Positions 36,733 to 50,561 are shown, counted from the stretch's first letter. The stretch: DNA of 64,000 bases from Catajapyx aquilonaris (GCA_000934665.2 KZ538004.1:1-64000), one strand, 5' to 3'. Numbers and translations: made by a program. Notes: generated by a model not told the origin, from the sequence alone.

Positions 36733-39700
36733 TCTAATCTAGTTCCCCCATCTTGTGTTGCATCGACAGTTACATGATAGCAAGTGATGGGCCCCCAAAT
36801 CCTGCCCCTTCGCCATCAGACCCTTCACAGTGATGGCTCCCTAGCGGCCTAGCTGAACCACCAGGTTCCTCCTCTCATCAAACTGCATCCCCCCCGTAAT
36901 TGTTACCTTGATAATTATTGCTGTTGAGGAGGATGCCCTGGATGGACGGGGCTGTCGCGCTATAGTACAGTACTTACGCTTATCTTTATACACTTCGGTC
37001 CGTTGCTGCTTCGGGCGGATGAAGGGGGGGGGGGGGGGAAGGGAGGGAGGGAGGGAGGCGAGGAGGGAGGGGTCGAGAGGTACAGGGTAGAGGTAGCATA
37101 GCTGCGATTTTCCCACCATATAACTTAATAATAGCTGCGTCAATGAAATACACTGTACACTCCTGAATCCTGATTATCCGGGCTAATGGCTGCACGGGTG
37201 CAAGACGGGTGTGGTGTCACCAGATAATTAAAAAAACACGGATAATCTGAAAAATAATAGCATATTATCATGAACACGGAATTTAAAACAACGGCTTTGG
37301 CGTTACCTGGCAACCGGGCGTGTTCGGGGACCGTAGGAATAACGTCGAATATACATTAATGACTTATCAGAAGATTAAAAGTATTATAACCTTCATCCGG
37401 GAAGAAATTAAACTGTTTTCCAATTTTTATTTATTGATATTGGCCTGCTTTTTAGCATTTCGAACCATTAAAAATTGCGCTACAATAGCCTCACCTAAAT
37501 GATTCCCCATTACATTCTGAGTTTATTGTCTTGCCTTGTTGGGAAACTGCCAACGAACACAATAATCAAGTGTCTTCATTTACTATGTGACTGTAGGCAG
37601 CACATTTCGTCCCAAAATAGGTCATAGAAGAAGGAATGTCAAAGAAAACCACAACCCAATAAGTAATAAATAATAATTACTGGAGCATGCAAAGTGCTGT
37701 GATGTTTTAAGAACTTACTTGTAAGTGCTTGCCTTAACCCACACCTGATGAATGACACCATACCCAAGGAGCCGGTTAACTTTGTCGTTCAAAAATCCCT
37801 GAGGCCGTAAGGTTGCTCTGCATTATACCAGGCTTGTGCGTGTAGCTCTGAGATGATGGCTTTGTGTATCCAGCAGTGCCACAAGTCGTTCGTGTTATTC
37901 ACCTGTTAATCATGCATTCATGCAGGTTTCACCTCAGTCACATATTCTAAGAATGTACCATATATTCAATGTACCAGCATATTCAATGTACTCCACACTG
38001 TACTGGTTACAAAGCAGCAACTCACTTTTGCAAAACGATCCAAGAAAGCTCTCACTGAGGCATTTCTGCAGATAATATCCGTAAGATAAGGCGGCACGCA
38101 GTGACGAGGAAGCAACGTTAATTTGCGCCAATGTAGCTGCATTTGCTTCCATGCTTAGCAACTCAGTCGTGAACTCAACGTCGTGTCCAATCTGTGAGAT
38201 GTTCAGCTGGTACGTTTTAGATGCAAGCCACACAGAAGATTGCGCTTGAAAATACATCAATTGTTGCACTTCAGTTTTCCTGAAGTACAAAAATCTTGAT
38301 ACTTTTTCAAACTGGGAATATCCATGATGTGGGCCACTGGAACTTGAGTATATCCTCCATGCTTATCAATAATTGAGCTGATTAAACCCCACTGGAAGCA
38401 TCACATCTACTGGCATGCAACTAATTGCTCAAGTGTGGCATCTTCTTCCCTTAGCATCCAACAAGTGACACAAATACTCAGATATCCAGTCAGGATCGTC
38501 CCATAATTCACAAGTGATCAAGAGTGTATCAATAAGAGTAACTCCTGATGTAGCATTGACAAGACACTTGCCACCTCTGTGTGTCTGGTTCACTCTCGGG
38601 AAGGAAAGTTAGGTCATGGGTTATGTTGGTACAGCGTACCCCTACCCCTGCCACATTCGGTCAGCCGATATTAAAGTCCTTCCGACAAGTCACCTATTTC
38701 ACATAATGGATGTCTGAAATATGTAGACCAATGCTAAAGATTATGATTTTGCACTCAGAACTAGGCAACAGGTAACTAGTCACCTGCAAGGAGTTATTAG
38801 TTACTTTCTCTGGGCCGAGACCTTATTTATAGCTGCTTCACTATAACTCTAAATCTGAATGTGAGGACAAATGTGATCATACTGTGCTCTATCCATGGAA
38901 GTGGAACTTGGGTGATTCTAAACCAACCATACCACATGATGCTACATCCTGCCACACATTTCACATCCCATTTGAGCAGATTTCCATTGTTAGGGTGAGA
39001 GATCAGAACCTTCTGATCTCTCACCCTCGATATGGAAATGGCAGAATGCTTAACTGACCAGTCAGGTACAGAGCATTTATCATGTAGTAACTGCAAGTGT
39101 GGTAGAAGATCACGATTCCCACTTATTCTCCCAAATCATGTTTTCCTTCACCAGGAAACTTGATTCATGATGTTAATATTATGGTTAGTTCTTGAACCAC
39201 TCAAGAGGGCTTCCAATGGTCTATCAGCTGGACTTGAGAATCACTGCTTTAATGGGAGCACATGTCAGGAAAAAACAACTCTTACACTAAAACCCTATGA
39301 AGAATCCTTTTGCAATACAAGTCGATAGGATAATGACATATTGGCAAGTAATAACTCAAAAGAAATGTTACTTCAATGTTACTTTCATTTATCGTGTTGA
39401 CAAATGCAATTACATGATTTACATACAGCAATGGATCATCATCATCAAATATGGGAAAATCTAATTTTACTTTTCAACTTGTTTTAAAATGTCACCTCAC
39501 AGCTCTAACCATTTGGTAAATTTCCATTCATTATTAGTACAACAAGCACTATGATGTATGCAATCACCATCATCAGATGAGTATATCCATGTTTCAAGAC
39601 TCCACTTAGTTCACTGGAAAACTGATGATGTCTATATTCCAACATAATTACACAGCAAAGACTTACGACATACACCATAGCATTGAGACAGAGACATCAC

Positions 39701-40336
39701 AAGTTTTACAGTGAACTCAATGGAGCCAAGCAACATGAGCTAGTGTCACCTTTTTTGGCAATGAGAATACACAGCGGCAACCCATTGCCAAATGAAATTA
39801 TTTTTATATCCATATTTTTATTTCCATACACAGTGCAACCTACCTACAACCAACGCTGGATGTAGCAGAACCGTCTCTACTGTAAAAAAATTTCATGACC
39901 ATGGCTACTTTCCAATAAGTATGATGGAGGATAACTGCATTTTGCAGTTTTTTGCTGCACCTGTTAGCACATATTTAGGCTACATCATAGTTGACATTCA
40001 CGACTTATTCGTGCCACATAACGCAGGCAAGTCTCCCAGGCTTTTCAAAATAAATAGGTTGCCATTTTTTGTCCCCTCTGCATGTTCAGTTTATACTTGG
40101 ACATCCAAAAGACTGCCACGAGCCCCTAGGTGATGGGCACAGAAATTTTAGGCCTACTGCATTGAAGTTCTTTTTTCTGTATTAGTACTGGCCAGTGTAA
40201 CATAGCCTTGTTTATCATGGAAAACTTTCTAGAATGGAGCAGTTCTGCTACATACAGCCTTTGCAATTTTAAGACAGGTCCAGCTCCAGCAAAGGGCATG
40301 CCTGGGCCATACGACTGTGAGCTCCCACTGCATACA

Positions 40337-40395
<59 letters not shown>

Positions 40396-41028
40396 CCTGA
40401 AAAAAGTGTTGACTACAGCAGTGGCCCTTGTGTGTACAGTTTACACTGAACCACGCTGATGTCACCTAACTGATATTACTGTGCGTTATTTTTTTCGTGT
40501 CAAAGCAATATGAAAACACTCAGAAACAATGGTGATATCTTTGGTTTTCATGCACATTACCACAGAGATTGCATATCCCAACGTATATAAATTACGATAT
40601 ATTTTTGGCTGTTGGAATTGAGCATGCAGTATACAAAACAACTAAATCACCAGTTCACAGTTACAGTTGAAAGACACAATTCATGTGGCCATCACAAGTT
40701 TGTTCCCATAAAACATGTGGTGCTCTAGCAATATAACTTAATAATCATGTCATAGCATAAAAAAAGATGTACTCTTTTGGAGAAAATATCTTGTGAAACC
40801 CACCTGAATTATGCCATAAAACTCTCAAGGTTATCAACAGTTACAGGTTTGCAGTATTGCAGCAAAACTGAATTCCCTTCCTATGCAGTGTCCATCACTG
40901 CAGCACCTTCTAAACTCTTTCAATTAAACGTAATCGTCGCAGATGAAAAAAACATGATTATTATACACAAATGCACAGGTAGTGGATAAAATGGTGCATG
41001 CAAGCTTACTTAACCAAGTGAGACAGCC

Positions 41029-42513
41029 TATTCGCAAGCACGGGTGCCTATAGTTGGCGCTGCAGTCGGCCAAGATGGCGGAGCAAACTGGTTCAAGTGG
41101 GAGCGGTTTCCTATAGTACGGTGGCTTATTGAAAGTATTATGTTCGAGCCAAAAGCGATATTATTTTTTCCTGCGCTCCAGGCACCGTATGTAGTGTTTT
41201 CAGGGTTGTAGCTGCCAATGAAAGTTTCGATGAATTTTTGTACAGTTGCGCAAGGATTTTAAAAGGGCGTAAAAAAATTGGGTGTTTTCGGCGATGGCCG
41301 TTCTAGTGTCATTTCCTACGTTTTCAGGGTCCAGAAATTCAATTATGACATTTCCAAACCCCTCAAAGATAAATATGCATGGTCCGGACTCCGGAGTACT
41401 GTACATTATTAGTTCCGATCGGAGCTGGCAGTCTTCTATATATACTGCCGCCCACTTCTTCTGCGATGTCGATGGTGGTTTTTGTATGTTATTGTGTATC
41501 TCTAAAATACGGAATATTAAGGTTTCGTAAAAGAGGAGAATCAAGCGCATCATTTATAATTTTAAAATATCTAGGGTGAGACGTGGTAGGCCTATTTGCA
41601 ACATCGGATGTAACTTTTTTCACACTGTATCTAAAGTACAATATTGCACAATGTGGAATCTAAAATCATCACTAAGGAGATGCTCTTTTCTTTTCAATTT
41701 ATTTATATGGAAAAAATAGCGGATTAAATTTAAACAAACTTTTTTTCCCGACAAGTGTCGGAATTACCCCGTAGGGGAATGCAATACCATAGGTAGGGGG
41801 TCAGTTAGAGATTTATTTACTGCAGATGGGGTAAATGCAACACCTGAACTAATGATGCATTTTGGAAATTTTATAGCAATTTTTAGCCAAATTTAGTCAA
41901 GTCCATTCATTATATTGGCTATATTAAAATTGTAAAGTACCAGTACATATTTTCTGGGGGAACATTATCAGCAGTCAGTATGCCAGAAATCTCTAAAATA
42001 ATAAAACCAACATGAAGTTCAAATACAGGTATTAAATTTCATTGGAATCTGAAATAGGTTAATTCCAACATGCAAAAGCAACACGAAAATTTATGTTTTT
42101 AAAAATCTCTCCTGGAGTAGGTCCAATTGTTTTCCCTTTTCACTATTTTGCAGCAGAGATAAGAGCATATTGGTTGTGACTATGTATGCAGATAAGGATT
42201 TACTGCAAATATTTTGACAAAGTTCATTTTCAGCATGTCCAGTGTACTTTCAGTCATGTGCAAGTAGGTGTTGGCACATATATTTCCCCATGCGGTTCGA
42301 TCTCCCATATGCCTCCATCAGGCAAGTAAATACTTCGGAATAAGTGCAGCCGTATTTTTTGGCACGATCATAACGCGACATGCACCCAAAGTTGCAGCAA
42401 TTCTTCGCTTCGTCCCCATACCCGGCCTGCTTCAAGAACCACTTTCGTCTGCCATGACTGTAACTCCAGCGATCGCCGCTAGGTGCCACCCACTTCACCC
42501 GTGCTTGCGAATA
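41029..42513. mobile_element. Probable non-autonomous DNA transposon
   Basis: 18-bp perfect inverted repeat TATTCGCAAGCACGGGTG at both ends and CpG-rich subtermini. TSD not clear. Confidence 0.5.
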
Positions 42514-42997
42514 CTGAAGATGAAACAGGTGTATTGAATTCCACACAGTAAGGGTGAATCACGGGCAGAAAAAAAAATCCCCAGTTTATAGAATTTGGTA
42601 AGTCAGTTTGGTCAGTGTTGCCTGCATACCAATTAACTTATAAATGGAGATTTTTTTAAAAATGTTTAGGACAAGGCAATTTCAAATACGGTACAGTTAA
42701 ATGCAGGGCAGTCACTCCTGCACAAGAATGGGGCTGAGTCTCGAACATTTCTGCAGCAAGACTATGAGCAAATCACTCTATGGTCAAAACAGAGCAGCTT
42801 CAATCATCTGAAGCACAAATCATGTCTGCATGACCTTGACCCACTATTTTCTTCCAAAAGTAGCCCTCTACATCTGCAAGTGAGCATGCACACCCACATT
42901 TACCATCTAACCATGCATTCGTAAATAATCCTCTACGAAACAAGTTCAATAATTGTCAATGTTTACTTGACAATTATTATCATAAAAGTTACATCTT

Positions 42998-43168
42998 CTA
43001 TGTCACTTCACCAGTGTATGGACATTCTTCACCTTCTGGATGTCCAATGCACTCCACTATGGGGGCATGTCCACTGTCCCATATCCCTGGTCCGCAGAGT
43101 TCACATAATCCACTCAGAGTGCATGATATACGAGGCATTTTGCGAAATTGATGAAGAAGTCCTCTAGC
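42998..43168 (-). CDS. TBC1D16: TBC1D16 last coding exon
   Basis: ARGLLHQFRKMPRISCTLSGLCELCGPGIWDSGHAPIVECIGH..CPY-stop is the characteristic TBC1D16 C-terminus. Confidence 0.88.
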   Translation of the reverse strand, partial: ARGLLHQFRKMPRISCTLSGLCELCGPGIWDSGHAPIVECIGHPEGEECPYTGEVT

Positions 43169-43278
43169 CTGTCAAGATTACATGGAAATTGTGTCAAGAA
43201 GATATTAATTTCTCTGCAATGGCAAGAGTACACAAAAAAATTTACTTATATGAATAGAAGAAAATGAACAGTCCACAC

Positions 43279-43495
43279 CTTGCGAAGGATTAAATCTCCA
43301 TCCATGTGCATGGCTAAGGAACTGAAGTGTAATAGTGTTTCATCTGTTCTGAGATTCTGGCACACAACATCACCACCATATACACAGATAATAGCCAGGC
43401 AGAGGAACAAATGAAAATAGTCAGTCTGGTAATTAGCCCAGCACGCTTCCCACATGGAGAGAGCTTCAGGGTCATCAAATTCCCGTTTGAAGCAC
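43279..43495 (-). CDS. TBC1D16: TBC1D16 exon
   Basis: CFKREF..WEACWANYQTDYFHLFLCLAII..LLHFSSLAMHMDGDLILRK, phases 2 and 0. Confidence 0.92.
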
Positions 43496-43930
43496 CTGAA
43501 ACACAAGGCTCATATGTATTACAGTTGTTGCATTATTAAAGGCAATTATCATCCACTGCCTTATCTGAATGACATCTTATGTGGAAAGCCATAGGCAATA
43601 ACTTCTGTTGATAAGAGGCTGAAGTTGTCCTGTATTGCATTTGACACCAGGTACATCAATTGGAAATTACTACATGCAAGGCATGACAAACATGCATTTT
43701 GGCAGGCTCTCTTTAACCCCACGCTATCTCCTTTAGCTTTCTGTAGGGGATGCATTTCGGTAAGGCAGTGGGTGGGTGCAGCCTTATGACTAGTAGTACA
43801 TGTACTATATTGCTCAAAAAGATAGAGATGATTTTGCATTGAAACCTAACGCAAAATCTTCTCCATCTTTTTGAGAGATATAGTACTATGGCCCCCAAAA
43901 GTATTGTCTGGAGGTGATGGATAGCCTATA

Positions 43931-44304
43931 CAGTGCCACCCATCGGCACCCAGGAGAAACTGATGTGCTGGTGACGATCCCTGGCCCTTAGAGGCGTGTC
44001 AGGAGCCGAGACTGGGAGGGTGGGGTGGAGCAGAGGGATGGGGAGAGCATGCGAAGGAGGGAGACCAGATCAGATGGGGGAGTCGTATGTGTCCGGATGG
44101 TTAAATGGGAAAGAGACAGATTATTTGGGCTTCATTGGCTAATAAGCGCAAGGTCACTGGCATTTTTCAGACTCGAAATTTGTGTATCATTACGATTTCG
44201 CACAATTATCTGTGATGCACGTTGGCCGCACTGTCAATGTGTCAGTTGTCAGGTCATTATTTTATCGATGCAGTATTCCATGCGACGACGATGCATGAAT
44301 AATA

Positions 44305-44364
<60 letters not shown>

Positions 44365-47300
44365 CACACTGCAAAACAATGCAATCGGATGTAGGTGTTC
44401 ATTTTTGACTCGACAATATTAACAACAATGAAAACGATGATCCGACCGTGGTCCAATCGCGATGTTCAAGACCCGCGTGAATGACGCCATTGAGGTGGGC
44501 CGTATCTCGGACATCATTGTTGAAAGAAACAATTGTCATTGCCGCTTGCTAGTTTTTCACTTCCAGCAATGAGCCAATGACTTCTGAACAACTTCAACAC
44601 AAATGCACATTTTTGTATTACTTGATGTGTCAGTTATGAACAAACTCCAATGTTACTGGCCTGAGAGGTGCCAATGAGGGGTGGATGTGCCACCTGATTA
44701 CTCTTTCTTCTTTTGTTGACTCTCGTCAGGGCAGCTTCTTTTTTCATTTAAAAATTATTGTAAGTGCATAATTTATGCATCCTGACCTTAATTTATGGCC
44801 CCTGTTTATCCCACCGTTGCAACGGTGCTGGGCCCGCACAAAAAGAGGTTAGAAACAACGCATTGTTTCTAACCTCTTGTTGTGCGGGCCTCTTGTTGTC
44901 GCTGGCTACCTCCTGGATTAGACAATGCCGTGATTGGGAAAGGATGAATCTAATTATTTATAACCAGATAGTCTTAGCTGCTCTGGCTCCTTCCCACTCA
45001 AACAAGCACACATTATTCATATCTTAAAACAAATCGTAAATGAAAGTGTCATCCGATTCCATTGCCTTGCTTAGTTTCCTCTCGTTCCCTTTCCTTCCCT
45101 TTCTTTCCAAATCATCATGAATAAATATGCTCTGTAAGACAGGTAATTCACAGTGTTGTACCTTGTGGAGTTGATGTAGAATATCCCACCTACATTGGGC
45201 CCATTCTGACTATGAGAAATCAATAAATGCATAAATGGAAATGCCATCTGATCCCATGACTTGGTATGGGGTATATTCCACTGACAGGGAATGATCCGCA
45301 CCAACATGTCACCGATCGGACCGAAAATTACATGGCTGGTCAATTGTAGGCCAGGTATGAATATGTGAAAATGACAACCGTCACTACTCAAGCATTTTCG
45401 AGTAATTAGCAATTAAAAGTGGCCCTGTAACCAAGGCGACGGGAATAATTGGCGAATTGGAACGTAATAAACAAGTCTAGGTCGAGTGGCCCAGTTGGTA
45501 ACGCTGCTGTTTACAGATCAAAGCACGGTCTTAGAAGATTAAAGTGTCGTAGGTTCGAGCCTCGTCGGAGACCCGTTTCCATTTTCGATTTTTTTTTCTC
45601 TTCCACCTCCCTCTTTTCTTTCGTCTTTTTCGTGTTTTTATTCGGGTCTTTCTTTTTTACTCCCTTTCTTATGTCTACCAAGTATAATTTCTTGACTCTC
45701 GCAAACAACCGACAGAAAATTTGTTAGATTTTTCTTTTCCTTCTCACTCTACATACGTATCTATAGCAGCATAGGCCATCCGGTAACACTTTTTGGCACT
45801 CGGGTCGAAATATTACGTCAATTACTGCCGCGGGTAAGCAAGTGCCTGTCCCTCTCCCTATAGTAGCCTACTTTGTTATGGGAAGACGTATTAATTTGTA
45901 AGTCCCAACCAAGCAGTCAATGAATGGTACGGCGTACAGGTCTTTCCCTCACAGGTCACAAGGTAGCCGGTCGTAGCAGACGAGTTATAGCTCACTGTTC
46001 CTGCCTGATTGTAGTGAGATGTTAATAATAAGCACGAATAAAAGGACGGAAGTCAACTTCAACCTCTTCTCAGGGTTTCTGAACAGCAAATGGCTAAAAT
46101 TATAATGGATACGCATCAGCGGCTGTAAATGAGACAATGACAAAGTAAATAGTCTTGCTGTGTATTAGCATTTCCTCAATTTCGAATTATCCTATAGTGC
46201 GGTTTATTCGCGGGATGCCCAAAACAACAGTGTCACTGGGAGGCGGTGGAAGTTACACAATACATCCATCATTTTCATCTGGTCCACCACGTTTTTGAGT
46301 TAATGTATATGGTTTTGCAGTATGGCTCATGCTCTCCACACATATTGTTATGTAACAGGCAGAACTCACTGTATTTCCACTTGCAATTTGGAGATTCGGG
46401 GCAGTTGTAGAGATGTGACTCAAAATAAAAGTGTGTGAAGCGCAATACGGCACGACACCTTGTGCACCGAATGTACCTCTGAACTGCACTGCACGAAGGG
46501 ATGGAGCTGGAGCATCCCTGGTACCATATGAAGAGCACAGGGGAAAAACGGGGAATGTCACAGAAAAAATGTCCATGAAAAATCGAAGCAATAGCTTTAT
46601 TTCTTCACGTGTCTAAAGAATAATAGGGATATCTTCACGTCATTATATGCAACTGTCACCCTTGTACCCATGGAAAGGCTCCAGGTATAAGTGTCACCTA
46701 TGCTACTATTGTACTGTGCACTTGGCAGGAACCCCAATGGAATTGGACATTCCCTGTTTTTCCCCTGTGCTCTTCATATACATATTGCATCTCAAAAACG
46801 TGGTGGACCACATGAAAATGATGGATATATTGTGTAACTTCCACCGCCTCCCCGTGACACTGTTGTTTTGGTCATCCCGCGAATAAACCGCACTATAGGA
46901 TAATTCGAAATTGAGGAAATGCTAATACACAGCAAGACTATTTACTTTGTCACTGCCTCATTTACAGCCGCTGATGCGTATCCATTATAATTTTAGCCAT
47001 TTGCCGTTCAGAAACCCTGAGAAGAGGTTGAAGTTGACTTCCGTCCTTTTATTCGTGCTTATTATTAACATCTCACTACAATCAGGCAGTGAGCTATAAC
47101 GCGTCTGTGACTGGCTTACTTGTGACCTGTGAAGGAAAGACCCGTACGCCGTACAATTCATTGACTGCTTGGGTGGGACTTACAAATTAATACGTCTTCC
47201 CATAACAAAGTAGGCTACTATAGGGAGAGGGACAGGCACTTGCTTACCCGCGGCAGTAATTGACGTAATATTTCGACCCGAGTGCCAAAAAGTGTTACCG

Positions 47301-48615
47301 GATGGCCTATGCTGCTATAGATATGTAGAGTGAGAAGGAAAAGAAAAATCTAACAAGATTTCTGTCGGTTGTTTGCAAGAGTCAAGAAATTATACTTGGT
47401 AGACATAAGAAAGGGAGTAAAAAAGAAAGACACGAATAAAAACACGAAAAAGAGAAAGGAAAAGGGGGAGGTGGAAGAAAAAAAAAATCGAAAATGGAAA
47501 CGGGTCTCCGACGAGGCTCGAACCTACGACCCTTTGATCTTCTAAGATCGTGCTTTGATCTGTAAACAGCAGCATTACCAACTGGGCCACTCGACCTAGA
47601 CTTGTTTATTACGTTCCAATTCGCCAATTATCCCCGTCGCCTTGGTTACAGGGCCACTTTTAATTGCTAATTACTCGAAAATGCTTGAGTAGTGACGGTT
47701 GTCATTTTCACATATTCATACCTGGCCTACAATTGACCAGCCATGTAATTTTCGGTCAGATCGGTGACATGTTGGTGCGGATCATTCCCTTGTGAGTCAG
47801 ATGTATGTTTTATGCTTTAAAAAATTCCCTCAAAATAATCGCACTGGATATGTGGCGAAAGAGAAATAATTCTCAAACCTCGCTGGAAACCACAATAATG
47901 TGTTAAGTTACCTTCAAAACCTCTCAGGCCAGTAACATTGGAGTTTGTTCATAACCGACCCATCAAGTAATACAAAAATGTGCATTTGTGTTGGAGTTGT
48001 TCAGAAGTAATTGCTGGAAGTGAAAAACTAGCAAGCGGCAATGACAATTGTTTCTTTCAACAATGATGTCCGAGATACGGCCCACCTCAATGGCGTCATT
48101 CACGCGGGTCTTGAACATCGCGATTGGACCACGGTCGGATCATCGTTTTCATTGTTGTTAATATTGTCGAGTCAAAAATGAACACCTACATCCGATTGGA
48201 TTGTTTTGCAGTGTGAATCATCATCATCATCATCATCATTATTATTCATGCATCGTCGTCGCATGGAATACTGCATCGATAAAATAATGACCTGACAACT
48301 GACACATTGACAGTGCGGCCAACGTGCATCACAGATAATTGTGCGAAATCGTAATGATACACAAATTTCGAGTCTGAAAAATGCCAGTGACCTTGCGCTT
48401 ATTAGCCAACGAAGCCCAAATAATCTGTCTCTCTTTCCCATTTAACCATCCGGACACATACGACTCCCCCATCTGATCTGGTCTCCCTCCTTCGCATGCT
48501 CTCCCCATCCCTCCACCCCACCCCACCCTCCCAGTCTCGGCTCCCGATGCGCCTCTGGGGGGCAGGGATCGTCACCAGCACGTCAGTTTCTCCTGGGTGC
48601 CGATGGGCGGCACTA
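43931..48615. mobile_element. Outer fold-back element, Tc1/mariner-type ends (TA TSD), arms ~730 bp
   Basis: 43931-44665 is the inverse of about 47925-48615; termini (C/T)AGTGCC(A/G)CCCATCGGCACCCAGGAG. Confidence 0.88.
45285..47792. mobile_element. Inner fold-back element, arms ~1 kb, TGA TSD
   Basis: CA(A)GGGAATGATCCGCACCAAC termini; 45285-46300 is the inverse of 46790-47792. Confidence 0.88.
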
Positions 48616-48691
48616 TATACCTATCACCTATGGACAATACTATTGGCAGCCATAGTACATCACGGCAACTTTTCATTCAAGTAGCACTTAC

Positions 48692-48798
48692 AATAATATC
48701 CATCTATGACAAAAGAGCAGTTCCAAGGCATCAACATGCTTCAGCAAATGTTCATAAAACTGAGGAGCCATTAGAGCAATCAATCCCCGTAAGTATGT
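48692..48798 (-). CDS. TBC1D16: TBC1D16 exon
   Basis: TYLRGLIALMAPQFYEHLLKHVDALELLFCHRWIL, TTCCAG acceptor and GTAAGT donor. Not in the ORF track. Confidence 0.9.
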
Positions 48799-48899
48799 CT
48801 GGAAGAAATGAAGAAATTAAAGAACGCTAATCAGCCTTAAGTATTATCTGAATACTGTTAAAAGCATTAGTACGTTTAAAAACTACCTGTACAATTTTT

Positions 48900-49275
48900 A
48901 TTTTTTTCTGTTTCCCCACAGGCCACGGGCCTTTCAGGGGGGTGGAATACCGCCATTCTATTGTTCTGATTCTTATCTTCAATCACCGGTGCAAGGAGTC
49001 ATGGACGTAGGGTAAGGATTTTGGATAATTTTCCTGGGAGTTGTTTAGAGTCAAACACAGGGCTCTATATTAAATAAACGGATAGTAGGTGCAAGTGCAA
49101 TGTCTGAAAAGGGGTAGTGTGCTGTTTCCCAGGAGGTTAGGTTGCCAGACACTTCCAAGGCGGGGGTCTGAGATCCTCCTGACGCAGGCGAAAGGGAATT
49201 CCCAGGCGGGGATAGAACCTGGGACCTTTCACTCAGCAAGCCCAGACGTTACCATCTCGGCCACTGCATCTCCCC
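48900..49275 (-). mobile_element. SINE family A
   Basis: Aligns to the 12646 and 19222 copies. Confidence 0.8.
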
Positions 49276-49854
49276 TCCTCTACTAATTGTAATAGGAGAT
49301 ACAATGCCCCTACACTCCTATAGCCTATGCAAAACTTTTCCGTCAATGAATGTAGCTTGTATCATCTGATGTCATCCTTTGGTGCTAGAGGGCGTTGTTT
49401 GGCGGCATTTCATTTGGCTAAAGAGCCAAAATGGGAACAGAGATGGGACCGGTGTTTGCAGTCAGCACAAATTGCATACATCGAACACAGCACATGGAAT
49501 GTTATACAAGTGAGGAGAGAGCACTGACTCAGAGGAAAACCTTCACTCAAAAATTGCTGTCTCCCAGCTGCTGCTGTTCCCAAAATGCCAGGAATCTTTG
49601 AAAACGTAAGTCAATCAATGCTCAGACATTTATTGTACATACAATGCTGTTGTCGGTTGCATCTTTGAGCACCTTCTTTGAACACTTGTTCCCATTCATT
49701 TAAGTACCAGCTCGACCAACATGTATCTGTCAGTAGCCTCTAGCACCGAAGGATGATGTCAGCGGACATACATTCATTGACAAAATGAATTTGTCTTGGT
49801 GTTCCATAATTATCTCCCATTACAATTTGTACACATAGTTTTAAATACCCTGTA

Positions 49855-50151
49855 TTACCGAAGCAGTTTGGTGGAGTGGATAAGGTGTTCAACTGCTAAT
49901 CGGGAGGTCCTGGGTTCGAGTCCCGGGGCTGGCAATCCTAACCGTGGTTTTCTGTGGTTTCCCACGGTCCCCCCGGGAGAATTCTGGGATTGCTTCCTAA
50001 ACAATAGGCCACAGCCAATTCCTTCCATCCCTATCCTATCCCGAAAAGCGAAGTAAAAATGATAGCAAAGAGTTCTAGTCCAAACAAATTTGGGATGGAC
50101 CCCCCTAAAGAGCCGCCGGCTGATAATGGGGTATGAATTATTATTATTATT
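49855..50151 (+). mobile_element. tRNA-derived SINE, family C
   Basis: A box TGGTGGAGTGG, B box GGTTCGAGTCC, core GGTTTTCTGTGGTTTCCC..AGGCCACAGCCAATTCCTTCC, (ATT)n tail, TSD AATACCCTGTA. Confidence 0.85.
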
Positions 50152-50561
50152 AATACCCTGTACTGTTAATAATACTATTGTACTACTATTAAAACATGGT
50201 AGCTAAATGTTTAAGCAATTAGATTTGTAAAATCAGTTAGGAGGTTTTGCCATTCATGCTTTTTAAAGGCTAATACTGTAAATTGAGGTGACTTTAGCCA
50301 AAGCATTGAATATTCCACCTTTCCATTTCCTCAAAAACTATAATACATGTGATCCAAGTGAAATGTCTGTAGTGGTAAGCAACTTCACTAAGTTGCGTGT
50401 TAATAATGAGTTACCTGCAGCAGTTATATTAGCTGGCTGCAGTGGATCTCCACTGGACTAACAACCCAGGGGACTGCATGGAATGACATGGCACTTGTAT
50501 CTGCACCTGCACATCTCCCCTCCCAGCAAATCCCTACAGAGATCCAGACACCTGGATATTA

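Noticed and set aside
44025..48441. Apparent duplicated genes (44025/48172 and 45449/47382 ORF pairs)
   Set aside because: Mirror images from fold-back arms, with frames not conserved between arms.
49861..49930. Functional tRNA genes at SINE heads (also 21258, 56235, 12646)
   Set aside because: No clean cloverleaf; each continues into a SINE body and most show a tail or TSD.
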